From the NCBI GenBank assembly GCA_964592385.1, contig CAZQEQ010000003.1:13759-77758 (forward strand): 64,000 nucleotides of DNA. The letters are read 5' to 3'. Every line of letters begins with the position of its first letter. Position 1 is the first letter of the stretch. This document shows positions 29,174 through 39,547 of the stretch, piece by piece. The notes beneath the pieces were generated by a model. It was not told where the DNA came from, did no database searches, and saw nothing but the letters and a program-made list of their open reading frames with translations. Position numbers and translations under genes: made by a program. This stretch comes from an uncultured candidatus Brocadiaceae bacterium (GTDB lineage Bacteria > Planctomycetota > Brocadiia > SM23-32).

Positions 29174-30639
29174 GGCTCGAGGCCAGCCTGCAGGCACGCC
29201 AGGAGATGCGGCTCAAGCTCGCGCCTCAAATCATACAATCAATAGAAATATTGCAGCTCTCCCTCATGGAGTTGCAGGGGCGGATCGACCAGGAACTGCT
29301 CGAGAACCCACTGCTGGAAGTGGGCCCGGAAGAGGAAGAGACCTCCGAAGAAGAGGAGGCCGCCAGCAGCGAGGAGGCCGGACCCGTCGAGGCCGTCGAA
29401 GAGGAGCCGGAAGGCGAGGCTGAACCGCTGGAGAGCGAAGACTTCGACGCGCTCGAGGAGTTGATCCAGCCGGCCGAGTACGACACCTACGGCTCCCGGC
29501 CCCGCGCCAGTTCAGGCGACGAGAGGGATGCCAAGCTGGCCGCCCTGGAGAACTCCCCCGCCCCCGAGATATCGCTCGAGGAGCACCTGCGCAGGCAACT
29601 CGCCTATTTCGAGATCGCTCCCGACACGCGCCAGATATGCGAGAACATCGTCGCCAACCTCGACTGGCGCGGCTACCTGGAGCATCCCCTGGAGGATATC
29701 GCATCGTCCATGGAGACGGACGTGACGGTGGAGCAGGCGGAAGAGGCGCTCCGGATCGTCCAGCAGCTCGAGCCCCCGGGGGTCGGCGCCCGGGACATCA
29801 AGGAGTGCCTGCTGCTCCAGTTGGACGAGCGGGACCCGCGCTACGAGTTCACCCGCCGCCTGATCGCCGACCACTTCGAGGACATCGCCAGGAACAGGTA
29901 CCCGAAGATCACAAGGGCCATGAGCTGCACGATGGCGCAGTTGAAGGAAGCCGTCGAGGAGATCGCCGGCCTCAACCCCATCCCGGGCGCCCTGTTCGCT
30001 CAAGCGCCCGCCCCGCACGTGATCCCGGACTTGCGCGTGGACCTGGTGGAAGGCGAGTTCCGCGTTATGCTCGAGGAGGAGACACTGCCCCCCCTGCGCA
30101 TATGCAGCTACTACGCCCGGCGACTCCAGCAAACCAACCTCGACCCGAAGACCCGCCAGTACCTGAGGGACAGGCTCCAGAGCGCCCGATGGCTCATCGA
30201 CGCCATCCAGCAGCGCCGCAGCACGATCTACAACATCGCCAGCTCCATCGTCGATGAGCAGAAGGACTTCTTCGCCAAGGGCCCCATGCACCTGAAGCCC
30301 CTGAAGATGCAGGAGATCGCCGACAAGGTCCGCGTCCACGTCTCGACCGTCAGCCGCGCCATCTCCGACAAGTACATCCAGACCCCCCAGGGCATCTTCT
30401 CGATGAAGCACTTCTTCACCGGCGGCGTGGCCAAGGACGACGGGGAGATGGAGTCCTGGGAAGTGGTCCGCCAGAAACTCCTTTACGTCGTCGAGAACGA
30501 GGACAAGAAGAACCCCCTCAGCGACAAGGACCTGGCGGACGAACTGGCCAAGCAGGGCATTGACATCGCGCGCCGCACGATATCCAAGTACCGCAAGATA
30601 CTCAACATCCCCTCTTCCCGCGCGCGTCGCCAGTACTGA
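29170..30639 (+). CDS. rpoN: RNA polymerase sigma-54 factor
   Basis: ATG overlaps the recR stop. Gln/Leu-rich region I (LKLAPQIIQSIEILQLSLMELQ), an acidic region II, and a C-terminal RpoN box (ARRTISKYR). Confidence 0.9.
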   Translation: MRLEASLQARQEMRLKLAPQIIQSIEILQLSLMELQGRIDQELLENPLLEVGPEEEETSEEEEAASSEEAGPVEAVEEEPEGEAEPLESEDFDALEELIQPAEYDTYGSRPRASSGDERDAKLAALENSPAPEISLEEHLRRQLAYFEIAPDTRQICENIVANLDWRGYLEHPLEDIASSMETDVTVEQAEEALRIVQQLEPPGVGARDIKECLLLQLDERDPRYEFTRRLIADHFEDIARNRYPKITRAMSCTMAQLKEAVEEIAGLNPIPGALFAQAPAPHVIPDLRVDLVEGEFRVMLEEETLPPLRICSYYARRLQQTNLDPKTRQYLRDRLQSARWLIDAIQQRRSTIYNIASSIVDEQKDFFAKGPMHLKPLKMQEIADKVRVHVSTVSRAISDKYIQTPQGIFSMKHFFTGGVAKDDGEMESWEVVRQKLLYVVENEDKKNPLSDKDLADELAKQGIDIARRTISKYRKILNIPSSRARRQY

Positions 30640-31099
30640 CCGCGACTCTCACGACCATCTCCAGCTCGACCGGCGCGTTGCGGGGCAGGGAGTTGGTGCC
30701 CACCGCCGAACGGACGTGTCTGCCCGCATCGCCGAACAGCTCGACCAAGAGCTCGGACGCCCCGTTGACCACCTCCGGCTGCATGTCGAAGCCCGGCGCG
30801 CTGTTGACGAACCCGCGCACCTGCACGACCTCGGCCACGCGGCCCAGGTCCCCGACGACGCCCTTGACGGCCGCCAGGCAGTTCAGCGCGCAGAGCCGGG
30901 CGCACTCGCGGCCCTCCTCCAGGGCGACGCCCGCCCCGACCTGCCCGGTGCAGCGCAGCCCGCCCTCCGCCATGGGCAGTTGCCCGGAGCAGTACACCAT
31001 GTCGCCCACTAGCTTCGCCGGGACGTATTGCGCCAGCGGCGCGGGCGGCTCCGGAAGGGCCAGACCCATCTCCCTCAGCCTCTTGTCCACCTCACCCAT
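30602..31099 (-). CDS. ridA: RidA/YjgF/TdcF (Rid) family protein
   Basis: Start at MGEVDKRLREMGLALPEP after GGGGAGAG. Chorismate-mutase-like Rid fold motifs. About 12 aa longer than usual at the C-terminus, overlapping the rpoN 3' end. Confidence 0.7.
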   Translation of the reverse strand: MGEVDKRLREMGLALPEPPAPLAQYVPAKLVGDMVYCSGQLPMAEGGLRCTGQVGAGVALEEGRECARLCALNCLAAVKGVVGDLGRVAEVVQVRGFVNSAPGFDMQPEVVNGASELLVELFGDAGRHVRSAVGTNSLPRNAPVELEMVVRVAVSTGDARGKRGC

Positions 31100-31399
31100 A
31101 TCTCTCCCCGTCCACGGCAAAGTCTTCACAAGGGATTTGCGTTGAGGATCGCGTGTGGCGCCGGCATCCTGCCCGCAGCTAAGCCGCCGAGACGGCGGCG
31201 CCACACAGCGGGGCTCGGCGCATGAGCGCGTCCCGGGTGCTGAGCATCCCGTCCGAACGACAAACACGTTGCTGACAAGGCAAATGGTTGCCGATGAGCC
31301 TTAGTTTACCGCCCGCGGGGCCGGCTGTATAATGCAGGGGCCAACCCCAACCGCGTGACGGAGCGCCGCGAAGTGGCCGGACAGCAGCACGAGAGCGCG

Positions 31400-32746
31400 A
31401 TGGCGGTCATGACCCTGGGCGAGCACCTGGAGGAACTGCGCCGGCGGCTCATCGTGTGCCTCGTGGCCGTCGCGGCCGTCTTCATCGTCTGCTGGCTGCG
31501 CAGAGGGTACGTCATGGCCGTGCTGCGCGGGCCGCACGAGCGCGTGATGCGCGCGTTCGACCTGAGCACGCTCCTGAAGTACCAGAGCTACCTGGAGCCC
31601 GTCTGGACGCAGCTGACGGCCTGCTTCGTCGTGGCGCTCATCATCGCCGCGCCGATCATCATCTACCAGACGTGGGCCTTCGTCGCGCCGGGCCTCTTCC
31701 CGCACGAGCGGCGCAAGGTGTTCCGCCTGGGCACGGCCTGCGTCGTCTGCTTCTTCGCGGGCATCAGTTTCGGCTACTTCGTGTTCGAGCCGGTCGCGTT
31801 CAGCTACCTGCTCCGCCTGGCCGGGCCGGGCACGGAGCCGGTGCTGATGATCGGGCCCTACGTGAAGGTATTCTTCCTGCTCACGTTCGCGCTGGGCATC
31901 GCCTTCCAGACGCCGGTGGTCATCTATCACCTGATTCGCTGGGGTGTTATCACCGTGGAGGGCCTCCGGCGCAGCCGCAAGGGAGTCATCCTCGGGGCGT
32001 TTATCCTGGGGGCGGTCCTGACGCCGCCCGACCCGCTGACCCAGATCATGATGGCGACCACGCTCATCATACTCTACGACCTGGGGGCCCTCGTGGCCGC
32101 GCCGGGCCGGGCGACGTTCGGCGCCTTCCTTCGCTTCACGGGCGTGGTCGTCCTCGTCGCGGCCGGCCTGGCCCTCTGGTTCAACTTCCGGAACGTTGCG
32201 GAACTGACGGTCCTGAAGGGCGAAGCGAGCGTGGGAGAGCTGGTGCTTGCGCGGGGCGAGAGCGCCGGCATCCGCCGGGGGGCGGCCTGCGAGGCGGGGC
32301 CGGACGCAGTCACCCGGCTCACCTTCGGCTCGAAGGAAGGCAAGGCGGCCTATCTGGCGGGCGAGGGGCGCCTGCGGGTCCACGCGCCCGACAGCCTTAG
32401 CCTGCTCGGCGGCGAGTGCCTCGTCCAGAGCGACGGCCGGGGCGGTCCCGTCCAGGTGCACGCGCCCGCCGCCACGGTGCTGGTCGAGAAGGCCAGCGTG
32501 GAACTGCTCGCGCCGCGTCCCGACGTCCTGACCGTCACGGTATTCACCGGCGAGGTAACGGCAAGGGCCGGCGAGGCGAGCAAACGCATAACGGCCGGGC
32601 ACACGGCGACCTTCCACAGCGGCGGCACGCCGGCGGACGTCACGGAGGCCGTCCGCCGCTGGGAGGAACGCCTGAAGCCCGAAGATCACCACAACGACAC
32701 GACGAGCACGACGACGAAGGAACCAGAACAACGGCCAACGGAATGA
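31400..32746 (+). CDS. tatC: Sec-independent protein translocase TatC with a C-terminal FecR-like domain extension
   Basis: The TatC core is complete: MTLGEHLEELRRRL plus 6 TM helices. An extra TM helix and a ~200-aa domain follow, with FecR-like beta-rich patterning (RLTFGSKEGKAAYLAGEGRLRV...PVQVHAPAATVLVEKASVELL). The start is uncertain (GTG at 31355 or ATG at 31400/31409). Confidence 0.7.
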   Translation: MAVMTLGEHLEELRRRLIVCLVAVAAVFIVCWLRRGYVMAVLRGPHERVMRAFDLSTLLKYQSYLEPVWTQLTACFVVALIIAAPIIIYQTWAFVAPGLFPHERRKVFRLGTACVVCFFAGISFGYFVFEPVAFSYLLRLAGPGTEPVLMIGPYVKVFFLLTFALGIAFQTPVVIYHLIRWGVITVEGLRRSRKGVILGAFILGAVLTPPDPLTQIMMATTLIILYDLGALVAAPGRATFGAFLRFTGVVVLVAAGLALWFNFRNVAELTVLKGEASVGELVLARGESAGIRRGAACEAGPDAVTRLTFGSKEGKAAYLAGEGRLRVHAPDSLSLLGGECLVQSDGRGGPVQVHAPAATVLVEKASVELLAPRPDVLTVTVFTGEVTARAGEASKRITAGHTATFHSGGTPADVTEAVRRWEERLKPEDHHNDTTSTTTKEPEQRPTE

Positions 32747-32923
32747 AGCGCCAAGGCCGCAGAGTCCGCCGAGACGGCGCGTTCGGGATCAAAGCGTCAA
32801 CAGCAATGTTGCCTTCCCTGCGTTCTCCGCGCTCTCTGCGCTGAATCCCGTTGTTTGCCCTCTGCCTTTGTCGTTCGTCGTGCTCGTCGTGTCGTTGTGG
32901 TGAATCTTTTCCCGGCGCTGCCG

Positions 32924-35900
32924 TCACAACGGCCGGCGGATGCTCAGCCGCGGGGCCGCCAGGCAGCCGGTTGGCACGAGGCTGTACTCGTCCTGCCACT
33001 GCTCGCCGCTAGTGGTGAAGCTGTGCGGCCCGACAAACTGGGGACGCGCCTCGGCATGGTGCAGCGGGCCGAAGGCGTTCCGGCGGTGCGTCACGACCTC
33101 CACGGCCAGCTCGACCTCGTCCTTGCCGGCCGCCAGGTCGGTCACGTCCACCTCGTGCGGTTGCCAGCCGACGACGCCGGCCTCCTGCCCGTCCACCAGG
33201 ACGCGGACGCATACGCCGCCGAACTCCGGCACCTCGACGCAGAGCCGCTCGCCATCGCCGAGGTCCGGCTGGACCCGCGTCCTGAAGACCACGGAGCCGC
33301 CGTAGAAGGGCAGCCCCTGCTCCCGCCAGTCGCCGAAGCCGACCCCCGGCAGCGGGCCGGTGACGCGGGCGTCCGCCCCGTCCACCGTGACGCCGAACTC
33401 TCCGAGCAGGAAGCACGCCTCCAGGTTGCAGTCGGCGTCCATGGTCCCGGCGAGCTCGAGCACGTTCCGCCCGGGTACAAGCGCCGCCTCGTCCAGAGGC
33501 AACAGCCGGATGCACCTGTCCACCCACCATCCGCAATCGGCGTCAAGCGATACCGCGCTGCCGTTCAGCGTGATATCGAAGTACTCGGGGTTCTCGACGG
33601 CCAGGAACACTGGCCCGCCAGGAAGGGCGTCCACCTGGAACGAGTAACGCAGTGAGACCGCCGCGGTCGGGCCGTCCTTCTTCTCTCGGGCCCAGGGCTG
33701 GACCATCTGGCCGCCACGCCAGGGCAGGCCGATGGCCTCCCTTATCTCGGCGTCGGCCTTCAGTATCTCCTTCGGGCCGCGCCAGTCGCCGTCGCCGACT
33801 CTGAACTCCGGCGCGTCGAGCACGAGCACGTTGTGGTCCGTCAGCTCCGCCGACCACGCCTGCTCGGCCAGGTCAACGGACCGCACCTCTTCCAGCGCCG
33901 GCAGGGCCGGTAGCTGCTCCGCACCGGGCGCCATCACGAAGAGGCGGCTGCCCGTAGGCGGCATGTCGGTGCGGAAGCGCACGGCCCCGTCGGCGGCCTC
34001 GCACTCCAGCGAATAACGGCGCCCGGTCCGGGCGTCCCAGAGCTGCACGGCGCCCCCGCCCTGAACGGTGACGGTCAGCTCGCCCGTCGCGTTCTCGCGG
34101 TCCGTGTTGCACATGAACAGACGGAGTTCATCGCCCTCCCGGTGGAGCCGGTAGAGGACGCCGTCCTTCTCGCCGCCGTCCTCGCCCCGTATGCTCGCGT
34201 CGCGCGCCCCGGCAACGGCAGCGGCGATAACCGCGCGCTCGAACGGAACGCTCTCGCACTGCGCGGCAAGCCCGGCGGCCGCGTCAGACTCTTCGGCGTC
34301 CACCCAGGCGGGGACGGGCTGGCAGAAGACCACCGTGCCGCCCGCGTCGTTGAACCGGCCCAGCAGGTCCAACGTGCTCGACCGCACCGTGTCCGCCGGC
34401 GGGACGAGAACGGCCGCGTAGGCGGCCTGCCCGACGACGAGCGACGGCTCCTCCCCCTCCTCGACGGACCCGAGGCGGGACATCATCTCCTCATCGCCGT
34501 AATCGAAGTCCAGGTGCTCGTCGAGCAGCCACGCGATGAGCGCCGCGAAGTCGTCCTCGAGGCGGTTGATGCTCGCGTCCTCGCCCCAGCCCGGGATGGC
34601 CCTGGCCCAGACGCTCTCGACGGGATGGACGACGAGGAGCCTGCGCACCGGCTCGCCGCGACTCATCACGGCGTTGACGCGCGCGAAGTAGTCCTCCACC
34701 GCGCCGTAGCGCTCCCACCACGGCGACTGGTAGGAGATGGAGGCCGGGTAATCGCGCTTGGCCTGGCCCGCCATCGTGTACCAGGACAGATGCTGGCAAC
34801 GCAGGTTGACCCCGAGGGCGGCCTGCCAGTCGCCGACGTACTTGTGCCCCTCGAACGGCCAGTCCCAGCCGGTGCAGCCGTAGAGCTCGGACAGCATCCA
34901 GCGCCGGCCCATCTGGTGCTGGACGCTGGCGCACTGCTTGGCGGTCGTCACCTCGTACCAGTGCTCGGTCAACTGGTCGATGCCGGGGGCCTGCATGAAC
35001 TCGTAGAAGCGCATCGGCGCCCCGCCCACCGACGCCTGAGAGCGCAGCGTGCTCTCGGCCAGCACGTGGCCCGTGCTCATGACGCCGTTCGCCTCGCACC
35101 ACTCGAATATGAGCCGTGCGAACGCGTCCACGAACAGGAACGTCGTGCAATCGTGGTAGTGGTGCCTGGGGCGGGAGACTTTCTGGCCGTCCACGTTGAA
35201 GAACAGGTGCGGCAGGCGGTCGAGTATGTCGTAACCGTAACGGTCCCGGAAGTGCTCCGGCAGCCTGTCCGTCCAGGGCACGCCGAGCGCCTCGCGCCTT
35301 TCCACGGAGCCTTTGACAAAGAGGCCGCCGTGGTGCGGCTCGTCGGTGAAGATGCCGGGCATGACGGTCCCCAAGTCGCCGCCCACTTCGCGGCCGTACG
35401 CCTCGTGCGTCACCTCGATGAACTTGCGGACGGCCTCGTGGCTCATCGTGTCCAGGTAAGTCGCGTCGTTGAACCAGGAACTGGGCTCATCGGGCACGAC
35501 GAAGAAAGCCAGCACCTTCGCGCCGTCCGGGGCGCCCTTGGCCTCGGCCAGGCGCCTGACGTCGGTCGCGTTCCTGCCGTCCACGCGCGCGCTGAACAGC
35601 GCGAGCGGCGCCGCCTCGAACTGCGCTTCGGCCGGGTCGCAGATGACCATGTGTAGGTTCCGGTGCCGGTAGCGCGGGTCGCTGGTGACCAGCCCGCCCC
35701 CGGCGCCGGAGGGCCAGCGGTCCTCGTCATAGAGCCAGGCCTCCATGCCGAGCTCACGGGCCTCGTCGACGCAGACCTTGATCATCCGGAACCATTCGTC
35801 GGACAGGTAAGCGGTGCCGAGGCCGACCCTGGAGTGCATGAAGAAGCCCCCCAGGCCCATGCGATGCATCACGCGTATCTGGCGCCGCAGCTCTTCGGCG

Positions 35901-35983
35901 TCCAGCTTCCCGTTCCACGCCCAGAAGGGCTTGCCGCGGTAGGCCGCCCCGGGATTCTCGAAGGCTTCTCTCAGTTCGTCCAT
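32924..35983 (-). CDS. Large cytoplasmic putative glycoside hydrolase (family unassigned)
   Basis: Start at MDELREAFENPGAAYRGKPFWAWNG after GGAAGG. 1019 aa with no signal peptide. The N-terminal KPFWAWNGKL block and TIM-barrel-like catalytic region resemble uncharacterised glycosidase families. Multiple beta-sandwich domains at the C-terminus. Confidence 0.5.
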   Translation of the reverse strand: MDELREAFENPGAAYRGKPFWAWNGKLDAEELRRQIRVMHRMGLGGFFMHSRVGLGTAYLSDEWFRMIKVCVDEARELGMEAWLYDEDRWPSGAGGGLVTSDPRYRHRNLHMVICDPAEAQFEAAPLALFSARVDGRNATDVRRLAEAKGAPDGAKVLAFFVVPDEPSSWFNDATYLDTMSHEAVRKFIEVTHEAYGREVGGDLGTVMPGIFTDEPHHGGLFVKGSVERREALGVPWTDRLPEHFRDRYGYDILDRLPHLFFNVDGQKVSRPRHHYHDCTTFLFVDAFARLIFEWCEANGVMSTGHVLAESTLRSQASVGGAPMRFYEFMQAPGIDQLTEHWYEVTTAKQCASVQHQMGRRWMLSELYGCTGWDWPFEGHKYVGDWQAALGVNLRCQHLSWYTMAGQAKRDYPASISYQSPWWERYGAVEDYFARVNAVMSRGEPVRRLLVVHPVESVWARAIPGWGEDASINRLEDDFAALIAWLLDEHLDFDYGDEEMMSRLGSVEEGEEPSLVVGQAAYAAVLVPPADTVRSSTLDLLGRFNDAGGTVVFCQPVPAWVDAEESDAAAGLAAQCESVPFERAVIAAAVAGARDASIRGEDGGEKDGVLYRLHREGDELRLFMCNTDRENATGELTVTVQGGGAVQLWDARTGRRYSLECEAADGAVRFRTDMPPTGSRLFVMAPGAEQLPALPALEEVRSVDLAEQAWSAELTDHNVLVLDAPEFRVGDGDWRGPKEILKADAEIREAIGLPWRGGQMVQPWAREKKDGPTAAVSLRYSFQVDALPGGPVFLAVENPEYFDITLNGSAVSLDADCGWWVDRCIRLLPLDEAALVPGRNVLELAGTMDADCNLEACFLLGEFGVTVDGADARVTGPLPGVGFGDWREQGLPFYGGSVVFRTRVQPDLGDGERLCVEVPEFGGVCVRVLVDGQEAGVVGWQPHEVDVTDLAAGKDEVELAVEVVTHRRNAFGPLHHAEARPQFVGPHSFTTSGEQWQDEYSLVPTGCLAAPRLSIRRPL

Positions 35984-36002
35984 CTGTTCCTTCCGCCGAT
36001 TG

Positions 36003-36977
36003 TCAGGAGGCCTTCTGACTTGCCTGGCCGCCGTCGTCCTCGGCGACCTTCTGCTCAAAGTAGCCCAGTGCCATCCGCAGTCCGTCGAGCCGGTCCACCT
36101 CGGGCTCCCAGCCGAGCGCGCGCTTCGCCTTCGCGATGTCTGGCTGGCGCACCTTGGGGTCGTCCACGGGCAGCGGCTCGAAAACGATCTTGCTCCTGGA
36201 CCCAGTCAGCTCCACTATCTCCTCGGCCAGTTGCATGATGGTGATCTCTGCGGGGTTGCCCAGGTTGACGGGCTCGTTCTCCTCGCTCTCCAGCAGCATG
36301 TGTACGCCGCGGACCATGTCGCTTATGTAGCAGAAACTGCGCGTCTGGGAGCCGTCGCCGTAAACTGTAAGGTCCTCGCCCTTGAGCGCCTGGCGGAAGA
36401 AGGTGGGCAGGGCCCGCCCGTCGCGCAGGCGCATCCGCGAGCCGTAGGTGTTGAATATCCGCGCGATGCGGGTGCTGAGGCCGTGGACGCGGTGGTAGGC
36501 CATGGTTAGGGCCTCGGCGTAGCGCTTGGCCTCGTCGTAAACGCCGCGCGGGCCGACGGGGTTGACGTTGCCCCAGTAATCCTCCGGCTGGGGGTGTATC
36601 TGCGGGTCGCCGTAGCACTCGCTGGTGGAAGCCAGCAAGAAGCGCGCCCCCTTCTCCCGGGCCAGGCCGAGGGCCTTGTGCGTGCCCAGCGCGCCCACCT
36701 TGAGCGTCTCAATCGGGTATTCGAGGTAGTCCACCGGGCTGGCGGGAGAGGCGAAGTGCAGCACGTTGTCCACCCGGTCCCCGATGTGGATGTACTCGGT
36801 GACGTCGTGGCGGATGAACCTGAACCGCTCGTGCCCGAACAGGTGCTCAACGTTGCCCCCGCTGCCCGTGAGCAGGTTGTCCAGGCAGATGACCTCGTGC
36901 CCGGCCTCGATGAAATGGTCGCACAGGTGCGACCCGATGAAGCCCGCCCCGCCGGTTATCACGGTCCTCTCTGGCAT
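36003..36977 (-). CDS. uxs: UDP-glucuronate decarboxylase (UDP-xylose synthase)
   Basis: [11 protein letters not shown] Rossmann motif, a YxxxK catalytic motif, and an overall UXS1-like sequence. Confidence 0.85.
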   Translation of the reverse strand: MPERTVITGGAGFIGSHLCDHFIEAGHEVICLDNLLTGSGGNVEHLFGHERFRFIRHDVTEYIHIGDRVDNVLHFASPASPVDYLEYPIETLKVGALGTHKALGLAREKGARFLLASTSECYGDPQIHPQPEDYWGNVNPVGPRGVYDEAKRYAEALTMAYHRVHGLSTRIARIFNTYGSRMRLRDGRALPTFFRQALKGEDLTVYGDGSQTRSFCYISDMVRGVHMLLESEENEPVNLGNPAEITIMQLAEEIVELTGSRSKIVFEPLPVDDPKVRQPDIAKAKRALGWEPEVDRLDGLRMALGYFEQKVAEDDGGQASQKAS

Positions 36978-36998
36978 GAGTCCTCCCTCGTCCCGAGT

Positions 36999-38322
36999 CT
37001 ATATCCTGTGGATGTGCCCCCCGTCGAGGCCCTTGAGCGCGTTCCGCGTGTCCAGCACCAGGGGCGCGTGGCGCACCACCCAGTCCCATGGGAAGTCCGA
37101 ATGGTCCGTCACGACCAACGCGCAGTCGCAGTCGGGCAGGCCGCTCTCTTCCAGTTCGACGGACTCGAGCCGCGCCCCGTCCGACAGGCGAACGGAGGGG
37201 ACGTGCGGGTCGCTATAGCTGACCTCGGCCCCCTTGCGCAGCAGCAGCTCGATGATCGTCAGCGCGGGGGACTCCCGCACGTCGGAGACGTCGCGCTTGT
37301 AGGCGACGCCCAGGACGTGGACGCGCGAGCCGCGCACGGGTTTGCCGGCGTCGTTGAGCAGGTCGGCCAGGCGCTGCACCACGTAGCGGGGCATCGAAGA
37401 GTTCACCCGGCCCGCCAGGTCGATGAAACGCGGCTCGAAGCCGTGCAGCCGCGCCTTCCACGCCAGGTAGAACGGGTCCACCGGGATGCAGTGCCCGCCC
37501 AGCCCGGGGCCCGGGTAGAATGCCTGGAAGCCGTAGGGCTTGGTTCCGGCGGCATCCACCACCTCCCAGACGTCCACGCCCAGCTCGTGGCACATCAGCG
37601 CCAGCTCGTTGACCATGGCGATGTTGATGCTGCGGTAGGTGTTCTCCAACAGCTTGACCATCTCGGCCACCGTGCTGCTGGAGACGGGGACGACCGTGTT
37701 CAGTATCCTGCCGTAGAACTCGGCGGCCGCGCGCGTGCAATGCGCCGTGACCCCGCCCACCACCTTCGGCACGTTCTCAATGCCGTATTCGCGTTGGGCC
37801 GGCCCGGGGTCTATGCGCTCCGGGCTGAAGGCCAGCCAGAAGTCTTCCCCCACCCTGAGCCCATCCCGCTCCAGCCTGGGCCGGACCAGCTCGTCGGTGG
37901 TGCCCGGATACGTGGTGCTCTCCAGGACCACCAGCTTCCCCGGGCTCATGTGCTCCGCTATCGCATCGACGCTCCGCACGATGAAAGACACGTCCGGCTC
38001 GCCCGTCTTGCGCAGCGGCGTGGGCACGCAGATGAGGATGACGTCGCTGTCGGCCACAGCGTCGTAGTCGCTGGTGGCGGTGAAGCCTTCCCCCGCCGCC
38101 CGCGCCAGGTCCTCGTCCGACAGGTCGTCAATGTAGGAACGCCCTTCGGCGATGCCCCGCACGCGCGAGGCGTCCACGTCTATGCCGACGACGCGCTCGG
38201 CGCCGCGCATGCACTGCATGGCCATGGGCAGGCCGACGTAGCCGAGGCCCGCCACGGCCGCCGTGAAGCGCCCGGAGCGCACCTTGCCGATGAACTCGTC
38301 CAGGGAAGCCGCCGCTGCCACT
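36999..38322 (-). CDS. ugd: UDP-glucose 6-dehydrogenase (nucleotide-sugar dehydrogenase family)
   Basis: GTG start after GAGGG, chosen because no ATG precedes the AVAGLGYVGLP Rossmann motif. Catalytic Cys context GGHCIPVDP. Confidence 0.8.
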
Positions 38323-38323
38323 T

Positions 38324-39319
38324 TCAGCCCTCGTCCCGCCGGGGTATCAGGAAGCGCCTGGGCTCGTCCATGATGTAAACGTCGCCGGTCCAGGACTCGC
38401 CCTCGGGGGCCTGCTCGACGGCGCCGAGGCAGGAGTGCATCGTGGCGCTGAGGATGTCGCAGTAGTGCAGGAGCACGGCCTCCGGCGTCCGCGGCAGCAC
38501 GGGCGAACCCCAGGTGAGCTTGCCGTGGTGGCTCAGAATGACGTGCAGCAGGAGGGTCTTGGTGTGGTTGGCCTGCTCCGCCTCGTCGCGGGGCACGCCG
38601 GGCTTCACCGCGCTGTCCCAGACGTTGCTGACCATGGAGCCGCTGATGAAGATGTGGTCCAGCAGGTCCCCCGCCACCGTGCGCTGGCTGACGCCTGCGG
38701 TCAACTGGTACGAGTTCACCTTGCCCACGTCGTGGAGCGCGGCGCCGCAGAGCAAGAGATCCTGGTCCAGCCGGCCCTTGTAGAACGCCCCCAGGCGCTC
38801 GGCCAGGTTCCACACCTCCAGCGTGTGCTCGGCGAGCCCGCCCTGGTAGTTGTGATGGTGGAAGCTGGCCGCCGGGCTCTCCTTGAAGGCGGCCGCGAAG
38901 GCATTGTTGTCATGGAACTCGGCCATCAGCCGCTTCAGGTGAGGGTCGCTGAACCTGTCGCCCTGCCAGTTGAAGAGCGTCTCGAAGGCCTCGTCCACGT
39001 CGGTCTCCGTGCGGTGGACGTAAGGCGACAGGTCGTATTCTTCGGGCAGGAGGACCTTGTAGCGCTGTATGTTGAGCTGTTTCCTGCCGCGATATTCGTC
39101 CACCCGCGCCAGGATCTCCAGCCCCTGGCCGGCCTTGATTTCGGCCCCGATGTTGTCGCTCCAGACCTTGCCCTCGATGGGGCGCCCACCCTCGGTGTTG
39201 AGCCTCAGGGTGTAATAGTTCTGCCCCCGCCGGTCCACGCCGAGCCTGGCCTCGGCAACCAGGACGACCTGGTCGGTGACGAGTTGACCTGCTTCCAGCC
39301 GGTCTATGTCCACTTGCAT
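38324..39319 (-). CDS. OB-fold plus HD-domain 3'-5' exoribonuclease (YhaM-like)
   Basis: N-terminal OB-fold nucleic-acid-binding domain and an HD domain (H...HD...H...D motifs: ALHDVGK, LSHHGK). Confidence 0.65.
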   Translation of the reverse strand: MQVDIDRLEAGQLVTDQVVLVAEARLGVDRRGQNYYTLRLNTEGGRPIEGKVWSDNIGAEIKAGQGLEILARVDEYRGRKQLNIQRYKVLLPEEYDLSPYVHRTETDVDEAFETLFNWQGDRFSDPHLKRLMAEFHDNNAFAAAFKESPAASFHHHNYQGGLAEHTLEVWNLAERLGAFYKGRLDQDLLLCGAALHDVGKVNSYQLTAGVSQRTVAGDLLDHIFISGSMVSNVWDSAVKPGVPRDEAEQANHTKTLLLHVILSHHGKLTWGSPVLPRTPEAVLLHYCDILSATMHSCLGAVEQAPEGESWTGDVYIMDEPRRFLIPRRDEG

Positions 39320-39547
39320 TCGCTCCCGAAGAAGCCTGGGCGGGAACGCCCAACGTAGCCTCTCGGGGCCGTTCTGTCAAGTGTGCGCGTCGGCCATTCG
39401 GGGGGCCTGATCGCCCGCTCGGGCGCATGGCAACGTTACATAACTAACTGCCTAAAGGGCGCATACGATGCATCCCCCCGGGCCGAACACGATTCCGCTT
39501 GCCCTCGGCCCGCGACGGGCGCTAACATCAGGTTGGAGCACTGGACC

